Origin: Bilabrum cf. latius
Taxonomy: Eukaryota
NCBI GenBank assembly: GCA_965178125.1
Contig: OZ237737.1
Coordinates: 372,001-436,000, forward strand
Length of the DNA stretch: 64,000 bases
Reading direction: 5' to 3'
The position numbers and the translations under genes were made by a program. Below the pieces are notes generated by a model. It ran no database searches and had not been told where the DNA came from. It saw nothing but the letters and a program-made list of their open reading frames with translations. Of the stretch, positions 1 through 11,704 are shown one piece after another. Within the stretch, counting starts at the first letter, position 1; each line of letters opens with the position of its first letter.

Positions 1-1487
1 TGAAGACGCCATCCAGCGCGAGGGGCATGGTCGGGGCCCAGACCTCTTTTTCCTCCAGGCACGGTGGTCAAACCGGCCCCTATGGCGGCGTTTCCTCTGC
101 ATCGGGTGCGGGTCTGCAGCAGCAGCAACAGGGCTTGGAGCACACGGCCTCGCGCGCACGCCCCGACTACAAGACCATGGAGGAGCGTGAGCTGGAGCAG
201 TGCACCTTCCAACCGCAGACCAACCCGAAGCTAAGCAGGCGATCGGCGCACCCTGTTCGGTCCAGGTTCCGCCAAGCCGCCAAGGCGAGGTCGCTGGGCG
301 TGCAGCTGGGCAAGCCCAAGTACACCGGCGCGGAGGAATGCACCTTCGCGCCCCGGGTGAACCCCGTGTCCAAGGCGATGGCGAATGCGCGCAAGTACGT
401 GGAGAAGCCGGTGTTCGAGCGGATGAGCGAGCGCGCGAGGGCGGGCGCAGGGAACAGTAACGGGCGGTCGCAGTCCGCGCCCAGGGCGCGGCGCGGCCCC
501 GCTGCCGAGGCCCGCGCCATGGGGGGTGCGGGAGGGGGTGGCGCGTCGACGCTGGGCGGGTACGACGAAGGTGCGGGTGGCGCGTCAGGTCAGCTGGACG
601 ACTCGCGGTTCGGCTCCGTTGGCGGGTCAACGATGGGGGCCGGCGGGAGCATGCGGCGGGGGCGTCGCAGCGAGGGCGGAGACCAGAGCCGCGTGATGGA
701 CCTGAGCAGCTTCCGCCGGGCCATGGACGGGGGCGGGGTCGGCGACCTGGAGGGCAAAGAGGAGGACGGGGGAAGGGAAGGCAAAGCCAGCCCGCGCACT
801 GCCGCCGAGCGCAAGAAGAGGTTTAAGCAGTTCTTGCAGCGGCAGAACCACACATTGGCGAGGAAGGCGAAAAGCGTGCAGCTGCTCAAGGAGCAGACCG
901 CCGCGCCGCACCAGCCCAGGCTGTGCCGACGGTCCGTCGAGATGGTGTCCGCCGAAACCCACGGAACGTTCCTCGAGAGGATGGCCAAGAAGGCCGTCCT
1001 CAGGGAACACGCCAACCAGCAGGAGCGGGCCAGGGTGGCCAAATCGGCGGACTGCACCTTCGAGCCAAAGATCAACCGGCACTCCAAGCAGATGCCCCGA
1101 CGCTCCTACGCAGAGATGTCCCGGGGAGACGCCCTCAAGCGGGAGACGGCGCAGCGCCTGATGAAACTCAAGTTGGAGCAGGACGAAATCGGGCAGTTCG
1201 AGTTCGCCCCCAAGATCAACGACAAGAGCAGGCAGGCCCAAGGCAAGCTGCGCGTACTGGACGACCCGGAGACGTACGTGGAGAGGGTCCACAGGGAACA
1301 AGCCATACAGGCGGAGAGGGCCAGGCAGCAGGCTCTGCAGGCCGAGTCCACCGAGTATGACGAGTGCACGTTCAAACCGGAAGTGCACGACGCCCCGGAG
1401 TACATCAAGCGCATCGCCAAGACAATGGCTCTCACGCGGGCCGCGAGGCCGCCCAGCCCCTCCGAGCAGAACCCGCGCTGGAGATGA
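1..1487 (+). CDS. Hypothetical protein with repeated (E/D)CTFxPx(I/V)N motifs; probably 5'-truncated by the window edge
   Basis: Long ORF with strong GC3 bias ending in TGA at 1485-1487. Motifs EQCTFQPQTN, EECTFAPRVN, DCTFEPKIN, FEFAPKIN, ECTFKPEV. Confidence 0.8.
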   Translation, partial: KTPSSARGMVGAQTSFSSRHGGQTGPYGGVSSASGAGLQQQQQGLEHTASRARPDYKTMEERELEQCTFQPQTNPKLSRRSAHPVRSRFRQAAKARSLGVQLGKPKYTGAEECTFAPRVNPVSKAMANARKYVEKPVFERMSERARAGAGNSNGRSQSAPRARRGPAAEARAMGGAGGGGASTLGGYDEGAGGASGQLDDSRFGSVGGSTMGAGGSMRRGRRSEGGDQSRVMDLSSFRRAMDGGGVGDLEGKEEDGGREGKASPRTAAERKKRFKQFLQRQNHTLARKAKSVQLLKEQTAAPHQPRLCRRSVEMVSAETHGTFLERMAKKAVLREHANQQERARVAKSADCTFEPKINRHSKQMPRRSYAEMSRGDALKRETAQRLMKLKLEQDEIGQFEFAPKINDKSRQAQGKLRVLDDPETYVERVHREQAIQAERARQQALQAESTEYDECTFKPEVHDAPEYIKRIAKTMALTRAARPPSPSEQNPRWR

Positions 1488-1756
1488 GACGATAGGAAGT
1501 ACGGTTACCTAGATCGGCGAGATCTACGCGCGGGAGTCACCAGTGGTTGCAATGGCCGTCAGAGGGGTTTCAGTACCTGGCGGGTGTGCGCCTCGGTTAG
1601 CATGTGTTCTGGAGCGCTGTGTTGCTTTGTGAGTGCTTGCATTTATGTTTTTTTTCAATCTCGCGATGTCTGGCAATGTATTTTGGTGCACTACATGAGA
1701 ATCATCTTGCAGACCGGTTGGTTTGCCTGGCTGGCTGGAGAGAGGGGGCTGGGTCA

Positions 1757-3187
1757 TCATCGGCCGAACCCCCCTCCGGCCGCCCCGGCGCCTCCTCCCA
1801 GCGCCCTCCCCCCGATCGCACTCACCCGCTTCTTGCCCGCACCAGCCCCCGCCCCGATGCCTTTCCCCTTGCCCCCCTTCATGGAGCCCCCCATGAGCGC
1901 GTCGAGCGGGTCACCACCCCTCTTCTTCCTCAGCTCGTCGATGGCGCTCCGCTTGGGCGTCCAGGACTTGAGTGAGCGAATAATCTCGGAGAAATCCGGA
2001 CGGTCGGACGGCTTGCTAGCCCAGCATCGCGGGATTAGTTCCCTGACGGCATCCGGCGTGTCGCCCCGAAGCACGTGCATGTCCGGCCGCAGACCAGCGG
2101 GCACCTTCTCCCGGATCGTGTCCACTGGGGTGCCAGCCAGGGGAACGCGCTGGGCGAACAGCTCCCACAGCATCATACCGAAGGCGTACACGTCCACTTT
2201 TCGGCTGAATGGTTTGTCCTGCAACAGCTCCGGGGCCATGTACGGGGGCGTGCCGGCTGTGGTAGTCTTGGTCTGCACCAAGCCGAAATCGCAGAGCTTG
2301 GCGGTTCCGTCGCGGGCGACGAGCACATTGTGGGACTTGAGGTCCCTGTGGATGATCCCAGGGGAGCGCCCGTGCAGGTACTCGATGGCCAGCGCGGTCT
2401 GTGTGGCCCATCGGACGAGCTCGGCAGGGTCCCTAGGCTTGGGGCGGCGGCTCGGGCCGCCGCCGCTCCCATGCAGGAGAGAGAAAATGGAGCTGCCGCA
2501 GCGCTCCATGACGAAGAAAAGCTTGGGTGGCTTGGTGCATGCCCCGATCAGCTTTATTATGTTTGGGTGCTCTACTTGCCTGCGTGTGCATTTGAGCCAG
2601 CGGAGGGCATTTGCTTGTCGGTTTGGCGCCCTCGTCACGTCTGGAGCCCTACTTCGAGCTAACGATAGGTAAACTTACGACATAACCTAAAGCTCATCCA
2701 TAAATTCTTTCTTGAGCGCCTCGTCAACTTTGGGATCTACCTGCGCGCAACGTTCAAACGTCTTGGAGAGGGTGCTCAACACTTGACCGAGGTGCAGCGC
2801 GGGAACTAGCGCAGAACTTGCACTGAAGGTCCAACTTACTATTAATTTGATTGCCACTCCCTACCCCTGATATAGCCCGGAGTGCACCACGGCAAAGCCG
2901 CCACCGCCTAGCCTGTCATGTACGGTGATGTCGTCAGACCCAATGATCTTCCAGCCAGTGCTAGCACTAGCACGCCTGATACCCGAGGTTGCAGATGAGA
3001 CTTCACCCGCAGCAGCGGACTTCGAACCTGCGCCACTAGCGGCTGCTTCGGTTGTAGCTGGGGCAGCGCGCGATTCCGCTGCTCTACTTGATCCCTTCCC
3101 AGCGGGTGAGGGCTCGCCATCCTCCTCAAAATCGTCTTCGTATTCGTCCTCGCTCTCTTCTCGCGCAAATACGCCAGAGGATGCCAT
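1757..3187 (-). CDS. Tyrosine-kinase-like (TKL/MAP3K-like) Ser/Thr protein kinase, 3 exons (3187-2840, 2740-2679, 2579-1757)
   Basis: GGGGFAVV glycine loop, G*GVAIK, EFMDEL*VMS, HPNII, HRDLKSHN, DFG, GTPPYMAPE, DVYAFG. Two 99-nt GTAAGT..CAG introns. In-frame TAG at 2861 and 2687 must be read through. Ends TGA TGA. Confidence 0.92.
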
Positions 3188-3283
3188 GTTTGATTCACTC
3201 TTGCTTCGGCCGAGCGCTTGGGGACTTTAAATTCCGAGTCAAATATGCATTGCACTGTAATGCGCTACATCGGGAACCAGGAG

Positions 3284-3663
3284 TGATGGTTGGTAATGTG
3301 GATCTGTCGATCAACCGCTCAATGCTTCGCTCCCCCAGCACTCTCCCTCTCCCGCCACGCGCCACTCGTGCGCCGCTACCCACCGTCGCCCACTCGTCTG
3401 TCGCTAGCACGGCCGTCTCCGTGCCGCCTAGGCCCGGCTGGCCGCTTTGTCCTGCCCTCAGCTTCCACTCTCGTACCTAGTACCTGCTCCTCGTAATCTC
3501 CTCCTTCCGTGGCGCTTTGGTTTTGGCTGGTGCTTCCCCGGGCACTGGGCAGGCGGCACGGACCTTTCAAGCCGCTATGGGGACTACCTGCCACTGGCCA
3601 CGGGATCTACACTGGGCCCCCCTTTTGGCTGTTCGCCCATCGAACGCCGCAAGGAACACCCAC
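3284..3663. repeat. Split direct repeat B2 (380 bp), copy of 5103-5482
   Basis: tgatggttggtaatgtgg...aaggaacacccac occurs twice with offset 1819; no mismatch noticed. Confidence 0.95.
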
Positions 3664-4947
3664 GCCGCCCCGACCTAGGGGACGCCACCACGCAAAAAGA
3701 AGAAAAAATCTTGAACTCGATCGAGTTAGGGCATCACCGCTCGCACATCCCGCCCAGCCCACCACGCTCGACACGGTCCTGTATGCTCACCGCAGCCCCA
3801 GCACAGTCGTCACCCGGTCCGCTCCTATTCAGGCTCCCATTGCCTTACCCTCTGTGAGGATACGGGGTCCGGCTGCTGTCCGCACGTTGCCGTGCCTCTT
3901 GCAGCACCACAGTGGTCCTCCACTGCAGCGTACGCTGTGCAGGATCTCGCCTCGCTCTCTCGGTGGGTGTCGCCGGTGCGACTGTCCCAGGGTCGATCCG
4001 AGATTCAGGCTCTCCTCTCGGCTGTGCAGGTCACTCTGACCCCCTTCGGCCACGGAGCCATCCAAAGGACAGAAGTTTCCTGGGCCCGCAACGCGGTTCT
4101 TTGTGCTTCCAGAAAAACAGAGGTGCTCCACATGGGGGATTTTACGGCACGGACCACACCTCTGCTCCCAGTCTCATGACCACCTCACGCGTGGCCACCT
4201 CACACCCGTCCCCACTGTTGCAACCGGGAGGGTGGGTTGCTTCCGACCTATAGCCGGATTTACAGCGATCAACATGAGGCACGGACCTCATACTGACCGC
4301 ACCCACCCCTACTCCCACGCCTACTTGACTCAGCCAAGTCCCTGGCCCCCCAAGCCACCCACCAACGGTCCTGCTAACAGTGGCCATCGGCACCAGATGC
4401 GACCACGGAGCCTCATCTGGTTGGTGAAATGGGATGGTGGCAAAGGCCACCACCAGTTCATCCACGTGTTCTAGATGGCTAGACGCACGCAGCTTCCCTG
4501 GCCCCGTTCCGTTGCCCTCCGCAACGCTTAAATGTTGGTAGCTAGGTATGAGTGTTGGTACCCTCCGAATCTGCGTCGCCATCCTGCGTGGGTGCCACGT
4601 GGTCCCCCCGTTGTCAGGGGGTCCACATGAACAGAAAAGAGGGCTGGTTCATGCTGGTACTGAGTGCGGAGGGAGGAGGAGCGGTCTGCCTCCGCCCCCC
4701 TCCCAAGAGAATATTACACACACTACCTGGCAGCAGTGACACACACACACTTACCCGCCCCTAAGACGCCCTGTCTCGCTGAGTAAACCTTATCCGCCTG
4801 GCACCCCTCCCTTCAGCTGTAGGCCCCTCTGTTGTCCGCCAACTACTGGTCCCCCCTCACCTCCCGGCCTCCGCCGCGATGCCGCCCCATCCATATCCGA
4901 AGGAAATGGGGCCAACAAGACAAGAAACAATTCCATAAAAAGTAAAA

Positions 4948-5102
4948 ATTATTTCCTTTATCTTCTTCTGAATTCCCCTAAGTGAGAGCGCTGGTCTCGC
5001 TCAGCTCGTACTCGGAATTGATCCGATCAGTATACCACTATCGGCCCAAACATCACTGTACATGGATGCTCTGTATTCGTCAGTAGGGGTGCCATTGAAT
5101 CA
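4948..5102. repeat. Split direct repeat A2 (155 bp), copy of 11466-11620
   Basis: attatttcctttatcttc...gccattgaatca occurs twice with offset 6518. It directly abuts B1. Confidence 0.95.
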
Positions 5103-5482
5103 TGATGGTTGGTAATGTGGATCTGTCGATCAACCGCTCAATGCTTCGCTCCCCCAGCACTCTCCCTCTCCCGCCACGCGCCACTCGTGCGCCGCTACCC
5201 ACCGTCGCCCACTCGTCTGTCGCTAGCACGGCCGTCTCCGTGCCGCCTAGGCCCGGCTGGCCGCTTTGTCCTGCCCTCAGCTTCCACTCTCGTACCTAGT
5301 ACCTGCTCCTCGTAATCTCCTCCTTCCGTGGCGCTTTGGTTTTGGCTGGTGCTTCCCCGGGCACTGGGCAGGCGGCACGGACCTTTCAAGCCGCTATGGG
5401 GACTACCTGCCACTGGCCACGGGATCTACACTGGGCCCCCCTTTTGGCTGTTCGCCCATCGAACGCCGCAAGGAACACCCAC
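5103..5482. repeat. Split direct repeat B1 (380 bp)
   Basis: Matches 3284-3663 and starts 8 nt after the YR stop codon. Confidence 0.95.
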
Positions 5483-5490
5483 TGGCCCAG

Positions 5491-6729
5491 TTAGAGCCCT
5501 GAATCCCGTTCACCCCCACCACTGCTCACTGGGCTCCGGTGAAGCTCCCTGCGTTGGGATTCCCAAATCTTCAGAAGTTCTGGGATGGAGCCAGCTCCCA
5601 CCATAGCCCGAAGAATCCCACTCCTCGTAACCCTTGCCGCTTCCATCAATGAGTAACGATCATACACCGCTGGCATGTTGGGCAGAGACCACCCAGCCTG
5701 GCCGTGCACGTACTTCTCGTCCTTGGTTGGGTCCGTCTGGCGCAATGCTGACACTCCCGCACTCTTGAAGGCGTACACACCCTCCCCCTTGCGGTGCACA
5801 GGAATCCCTTGCGCTGTTATCCACTGCAGCGTGGCACTGTGCGCAGCCCGTGTTCGAGAGGCGAATACTTCCCCGCGCTGCCCTTGTGTTGGCTACCGAA
5901 CTGATACCCACCACTTCAGCCACCGATACGGGCACAACTCCTCGAATCCATCCGGCAAGCATGGAATGACCGCTGGCGGGCGCTGCTCGGGGTTGCCGCC
6001 GAGCACCCGCGACTTGTACCGCTGCCACCCAATCAGTGCCACGGGAACAACCTCGTTGTCATCAGACGCTGCAGTCCACTCTATCTCCCCTATTGCCAGA
6101 TGCACCAGATCTGGCCACCGGGCCAAGCCACAGAATGTCCCCACATAGCAGCACATAAATGTATCGAGAACCGCTGGTGTTGAGTTGTAGTCCGCACGGG
6201 CCAGCGCAGCTGGGCCTTGCCACATCGAATCCCACTCTGCCTGCAGCTACCAGGCCATCATCACTAGTGCTCGCAACGTTACAGGGTTGTCCACCAGGAC
6301 ACGTAGGGCACGTACCGCGTCCGGATCCGTCGCCCCGGCACATCTACGCTTGTAGCCGAGCAGGGCCAGTTTGACCTGCCTGTACTCCACGTCTGCGAGT
6401 GGGGTACGCGGGAACTCCGCTGACCTGAACCACGCCGTTTGCGCTTGGAACAATCGCAACACTGTGGCATACTTCAACCCGGCGGCGCACTACTCCGTCA
6501 GCAAAGCCCACATGGCCTCCACCGGATCCCCGACCTCAAGTTCCGCCTGCATGGTCAGATTCCGCCTGCGCGCGTCCAGAGCTCCCTTGCCGAGCTGCTG
6601 ACTCTCCTACAGCATCAGGGTCCTAGTCGCCGCCACCGCTGCTCGCCGTTGTGCCGCAGCACTTGAGCCTGCTCGTCCAGTCACTGGGATCAGCTCCCCA
6701 AATGGTCCTGCGAAGATGAAATGGTGCAT
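5491..6729 (-). CDS. Retroelement tyrosine recombinase (ORF3), overlapping the end of ORF2
   Basis: Four same-frame fragments joined by TAG at 6607, 6490, 6247 and 5893. GLARWPDL (catalytic Arg box), YAFKSAG, GW..MPAVY (catalytic Tyr). Ends in TAA. Start codon is uncertain. Confidence 0.82.
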
Positions 6730-8926
6730 GAAAAGTTGAGTCAGATGTCGCCCTTGCCGCCGAGACAAACCCCGTTTTGCCCACGCGCTGCCCCGCCGTC
6801 TACACCAGTTGACCAGCACCGTCCTCCACCCTGCTCAATCTATCGCATGCCACCATGATCGGTGTACTTCGCCTCTACCACACGGGGAAGATAACGTATC
6901 CCAAGTTCTCAGCCAGCCTTCCAATCTCTCGCAGCTCATCTCGCTACCCAGCCTTCATCGAGCCGCCCTTCCGCAGCAAATTTGGCAGGGCTTGATTGTC
7001 TGACAGCACGAAGAGCGCCTCTGGGCAAGTCTGGCTCCTCGCCAACTAGCCTGGTCCTGACAAAAAAGCTCGTAGTGATGCTAGTTCGCGTGCCGTACTG
7101 GATAGTAACTGCATGTCCTCGTGGAAACCCATTTGCATCAAGCCAGAATCACCATTGCCTCGGCGCCACATTGCACCCAGCCCATGGGCTGACGCGTCAG
7201 CACAAAACACGGATGCTCTCCCCTCCGGCAACGGGTATATCGGTGCAGCTGCTGCCGCTGTCAAGATACCGCGGTCCCTACATGTCAGCCACCACTCAAA
7301 TTCCTCGTTGAACTCTGCCGTCCAGATGTGCCTACCACCTTTGCGAGCCTTTGCAGCCGCCTAGTATATCGCAAACACGTGCTGCGAAGCGTGGGGGATT
7401 ACTGCCGCAGCCGCGCCCAACTGTCCTGCCAGTTTCTCCACAGCCTTGACCGCCAGCGCACTCGTTGCTAGCATGTTGAAAGCTCGCATTCGCTCAACGG
7501 TCCTCAGCACTGCGTGGATCCGTGGCCATCGATCCGAGCGCAGTGTCACCTTCAAGTGGGCTCCCAGGGTAATCTTTAGCCCAAGGAACTCAATCACCTA
7601 TGTTGGAAAGGTAAGTTTGCTAGGCTATATCCTCATGCCAATCCCCCGCGCTACAAGCACGGCACACCACAACAACTACATAGTGCGGGCCTCCGTACGT
7701 GCTGACAGAAAGCCATCATCAATGTACCCAAAAGCCCAATGTGCGGTGCGCAGTCGCACCCCCGCTAGACACTCTGCCAACACTACTGATGCGACAAAAC
7801 AGCCCATTCTGCAACCAAACGACAAGACCACAAACTAAAACATGCTGCCACCCACTCCGCGAACTGCCATCCATCGCTGCAGCCCCGGTGCCAGCGCTAT
7901 ACTATGATATGCCGCCTTGAAATCGAAGGCTGCCCCCCATTCGTGCCTGTCACGTCCCACGCGCTCTGCTAAATGCCGAGCAAAATCACCATACCGGAAA
8001 CGCAAGTCAAGAAATGCCTCGTTCGCGCCCGAGCGCTTCATATCCGTGACTAGGCGCTGCTTGCCAGTCGTGTCCTCCCGCTGCACCAAGCGTGGTGTCT
8101 GACCCTCCCGCTGCTGTACCTCGATTGCGGTCCTCTTGGCAACGAACATAGGCGTCACCTAGACCGCGGCGCCCTCCACCGGTCGAATCTTGCCTGCACT
8201 CGCTGCTGCTTCCACGAACGGGACTACATCCTCCTCGTCCGCCGGCAAGTCCTTCGGGTCAGCCCGTACCGGCTGCGCCCCCAACACCTTCAAGACTGCC
8301 TCCGCCCGAAGCCCATGTCGTGCCAGTCCAACAAACCCCCGGCCCGCTACACAATCGGGCTCCACTGCGCCCCGCGCCCCGCAGCGTCGACAACGAGCCA
8401 AATGTGCCTGCCATGCTCCACGAGGTGACAGCGTACACGGCTAGCGTGCTGCCCATCGCTCCCCCTGCTGCAGTTCGCCCCTACGCTCCCAGTGTGACAA
8501 CGTTCCATACCAGACGTCCAAAGCAGATGATGGTGCCTAGCCCGGTGGGAATGACCGCAAGTCAATCTTGTCCCGCTTTGCCAGGCATCGTGCCCAAGCC
8601 TACCACATCCCGTCCGCACCCAATGCTGACGGCGCATCACCAGTCATCCCCGCTCCCGCATCACCGTCATTGTCCACAGAATAGCCGGCTGCTTCCATCT
8701 GCACCTCGTGCCATCGTCTCGAGGGGCCTGCAGATGCAACCTAGTCCAACAATTCGTCCGCGTGTTCCATGATGTCCGTCACAATGCACCGCCCATCCAG
8801 TGTCCGCAGGCTCGGCTCACCACGCTGTAGGGTCGGAGTCTTCTGCTGAGCCAGGATTTTTGCGCTGCTTCCGAAGATAGTGCACATGCCTACACTACTG
8901 CAGCCCTTCCCCTGGCTCGGGCCGCG
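6536..8926 (-). CDS. Retroelement reverse transcriptase / RNase H (ORF2)
   Basis: TPMFVAK, KQRLVTD, FDFKAAYHSI, F*FVVLSFG, YIDD, PT*VIEFLG, EWW, ADAS, SDNQ, DRLSR. About 15 in-frame TAGs and no TAA/TGA until the TGA at 6536. First ATG is at 8887. Confidence 0.92.
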
Positions 8927-11467
8927 TCACCCATTCCCCGCTAGTCGGCCACTTCGTCTTGGGGAGGTACGGTGCTCCGCCTACGTTTTGGGCCCCGATG
9001 TCGTCCCTTTTTGGCGCTCTGACTCCTGCTGCGACTCTTGTCCACCCGCACTCGCGCTACTGCTGCTGCTGCTGCTGCTGCTGGCCTTCGCTGACTACCG
9101 TTTTGCCGCTGCCCCCGCTCCTCCAGCTGCGGCCCCATGCTCCTTTGCCACCCGCTTCGCTCGCTCCAATGCTGACTTGTCTATCGCGGCTGTCACATCC
9201 TCCCACGCCATAGCGCTATGGTTGCCTGCCGGATTCAGTCCCAGTAATTCCCACGTGGGCCCCACCTGAGTCTGCGTCATCCGCAGCGGGGTCTCGTTCT
9301 CGCTCCGCAACTACCACAGTCGAAGCACCGCAGGAGTATCCATTCTCCCCACTGGTGCCACCCTATGTATCAAAATCATGCGCAGAGCAGTTGCTAACAC
9401 GAAATGCTGACCCGTATTGGCTGTGTCCCCGTTGCCTCCACCTGCCGTGCGGACTGCTGCCGCATGAAGGACCATCCCTAAGCCCAAGAACATTCTTCGC
9501 ACTGCAATCTCCAACGCCTCGTGAAGCTTGCTCATTACTGCCCTGGCTTCCGCATGCTTATCCTGGTGCAGCAGTGTCGCAAGTGTGATAACCACCTTCA
9601 GCAACGACGTGCTCCCTGCCACGACCCACTCGAGCGCCCCACACACCGATCTGGTCAATATCGTGGGTAATCGAAAAATGTTGCCTTGTTCCAGTTCTGC
9701 CACTCCCGACAACACGTGCTACCCGCACTTACTCGCAAATTGCCTGATCCCGTCCGGCATGAGCAAATCACCCGCCTCCTCCAGCACCGGTGCCACATGA
9801 AAGCTGCGGCCAGATCCTGACTCCCGGCGAAAACCAGCCGCACTCGCCATAGAAGCGAACATTATCTGCGCGGGGCGTTCAATCCGAAGTAACGAAATCT
9901 TTGCCTTGTCCGCACTCGTCAGCGCCACTGAGGCCAAGTCCTTAGCTCTCTCGCCTTCCTCCCCGAGTTCGGCCAAATACCGTGCACTGTCCCTAAATTG
10001 AAGCACCTCCTAAGACCGTACGGTGTCGTAGAACAAAGAGTCAACTCCCTTCGCCGTGGGAATGGAATTATGCACTTCCTTGGCGCCGTCTCCATCGTCT
10101 GCTCCGACCTGGCCCTGGTATGGTGACTTCTTGCAGGCGCCGGCTGACGACTTAATCGCCTGGGTGGAGTGCTCGGGCCGGGCATTTAACTCAAGCGCAA
10201 GGGCACGGAGCAACTACAACGTACCATTGGGCTCACCCGATGCCATGGCCGCAACCGCCTGTTGAATTCGCTTGTCGATCGCGTCACTCGCGGTCGCCTC
10301 TCCTGCTCCCGCGGATGCTCCCTCGACCTCTTGCTCGCGCCTTGCCGCCTTGGTGCGACGTTCCGAATCCGCCACAATGGCCTCCCAGGGAGCTTGTGCT
10401 TCCCCCACCTCTTCCGCTCTCCCCCTTTTTCCCAGCGTTGCGCCCGAGATGGTGCCCATCGACGCCTGCGCCCCAAACACCGCGCTGGCACCGCGGCTTG
10501 CCGTTGGACCTCCCGCTGGTTTGCCACCCGCCCCAGCATCGGCCGCAGTCACTCCACCATGGCTGAATCCGCCCCCAAAATCAAAGAGGCCCAGCTCGCT
10601 CGGCGGATGGCCTGAGGTAGCAGTCGCCCCTGCACCGGCCCCCCCGCTTGGGGCAGGCAGTTTCCACCCAAACCCGCCACCGTCCATGATGCCCCGGCCC
10701 AGTGAGTGCGCTCCCATCGGCCCCCCGGCTACACGTTCAGGCCTTGACCCCGTGAATGGTGCTGTTGTTGATGCCCCGGATGGTACCGGGATCACCGGTG
10801 CTCCCCAGAGTGGGAGCACCCCATTGCTGCCCGTCGCATCTTGGTCTGAGTTTCCACCCGTCGCCGCGCTCGCCGACGAACTGCTGCATGTTGGCTTCGG
10901 CATCGCATGGATCAGCATGTTGGGCAACAGAGCATCGAACATTTCGTCGAGGAAGGGGATCGTCCACGGTGCCACCCGGGCATAGCCGAACAGGGCCGCA
11001 CGTGCTGCCCACGCTGCCTGCTGTGGCGTTACACCACTCTGTAGTGGTTGCTGCAGGCATTTCCAGAGCTCACCATGGTCCTCGGGCATCAGATCGTCCT
11101 TTGAGAACCCTGCTGCCACTTCCAGAGCGCCACGCAGGCCCGATTCCACGTCTGGCGTCGTGGTCGGTTTGAACACGCCCATAACGGCAGCCCCTGCGCC
11201 CAGGGAAGCGACCGGCGTGTGGCCGCGTACGCAGCTGCCCAACAGAGCCCGCTGCGCATCTGCCCCTTCTTTGTTTAGCATGTTCACAGCCTCGCGTACG
11301 ACAGGCTCCGAGAAGCTCGACATGTGTTCAACAGCCATACCTTGAAACACATCGAAAACACCACCCACAGCGTTCACCCTCCGCCTCACCGTTGGGGCCA
11401 TACGAGTGGTCATTCGCGCCACGATCGCCCGGCTTTGCTTCCATTGCGCACTCTGCTGGCTGAGCAT
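8927..11467 (-). CDS. Retroelement ORF1 (putative Gag-like), 846 aa
   Basis: ATG at the boundary of repeat A1. Fragments are joined by TAG at 10214, 10010, 9719, 9311, 9095 and 8981. Ends TGA. The Gag assignment is positional only. Confidence 0.75.
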
Positions 11468-11620
11468 TATTTCCTTTATCTTCTTCTGAATTCCCCTAAG
11501 TGAGAGCGCTGGTCTCGCTCAGCTCGTACTCGGAATTGATCCGATCAGTATACCACTATCGGCCCAAACATCACTGTACATGGATGCTCTGTATTCGTCA
11601 GTAGGGGTGCCATTGAATCA
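11466..11620. repeat. Split direct repeat A1 (155 bp), the 5' terminus of the element
   Basis: Matches 4948-5102. Confidence 0.95.
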
Positions 11621-11704
11621 AGTCGCCCGACTCATTCCTCCAGAGCAGCTAGGATACTCTTGCTGATTCGCGTGGTTGACTGTGTAGTTAAATTATTATC
11701 GAAT

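Larger units (their letters stand above)
3284..11620 (-). mobile_element. Ngaro-like (DIRS order) tyrosine-recombinase retrotransposon with split direct repeats, about 8.3 kb
   Basis: Order on the minus strand is A1(11620-11466), ORF1, RT/RNaseH, YR, B1(5482-5103), A2(5102-4948), 1.28-kb spacer, B2(3663-3284). RT YIDD, RNase H ADAS/SDN/DRLSR and YR motifs are present. Confidence 0.93.

Noticed and set aside
1584-2672. 362-aa plus-strand ORF and similar antisense ORFs across the window
   Set aside because: They are antisense shadows of GC-rich genes with clear motifs on the other strand.
3284-5482. LTR pair of a small LTR retroelement (TG start, 380-bp direct repeats)
   Set aside because: These are the B repeats of the larger split-repeat YR element. 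There is no integrase, and the coding region lies outside them.
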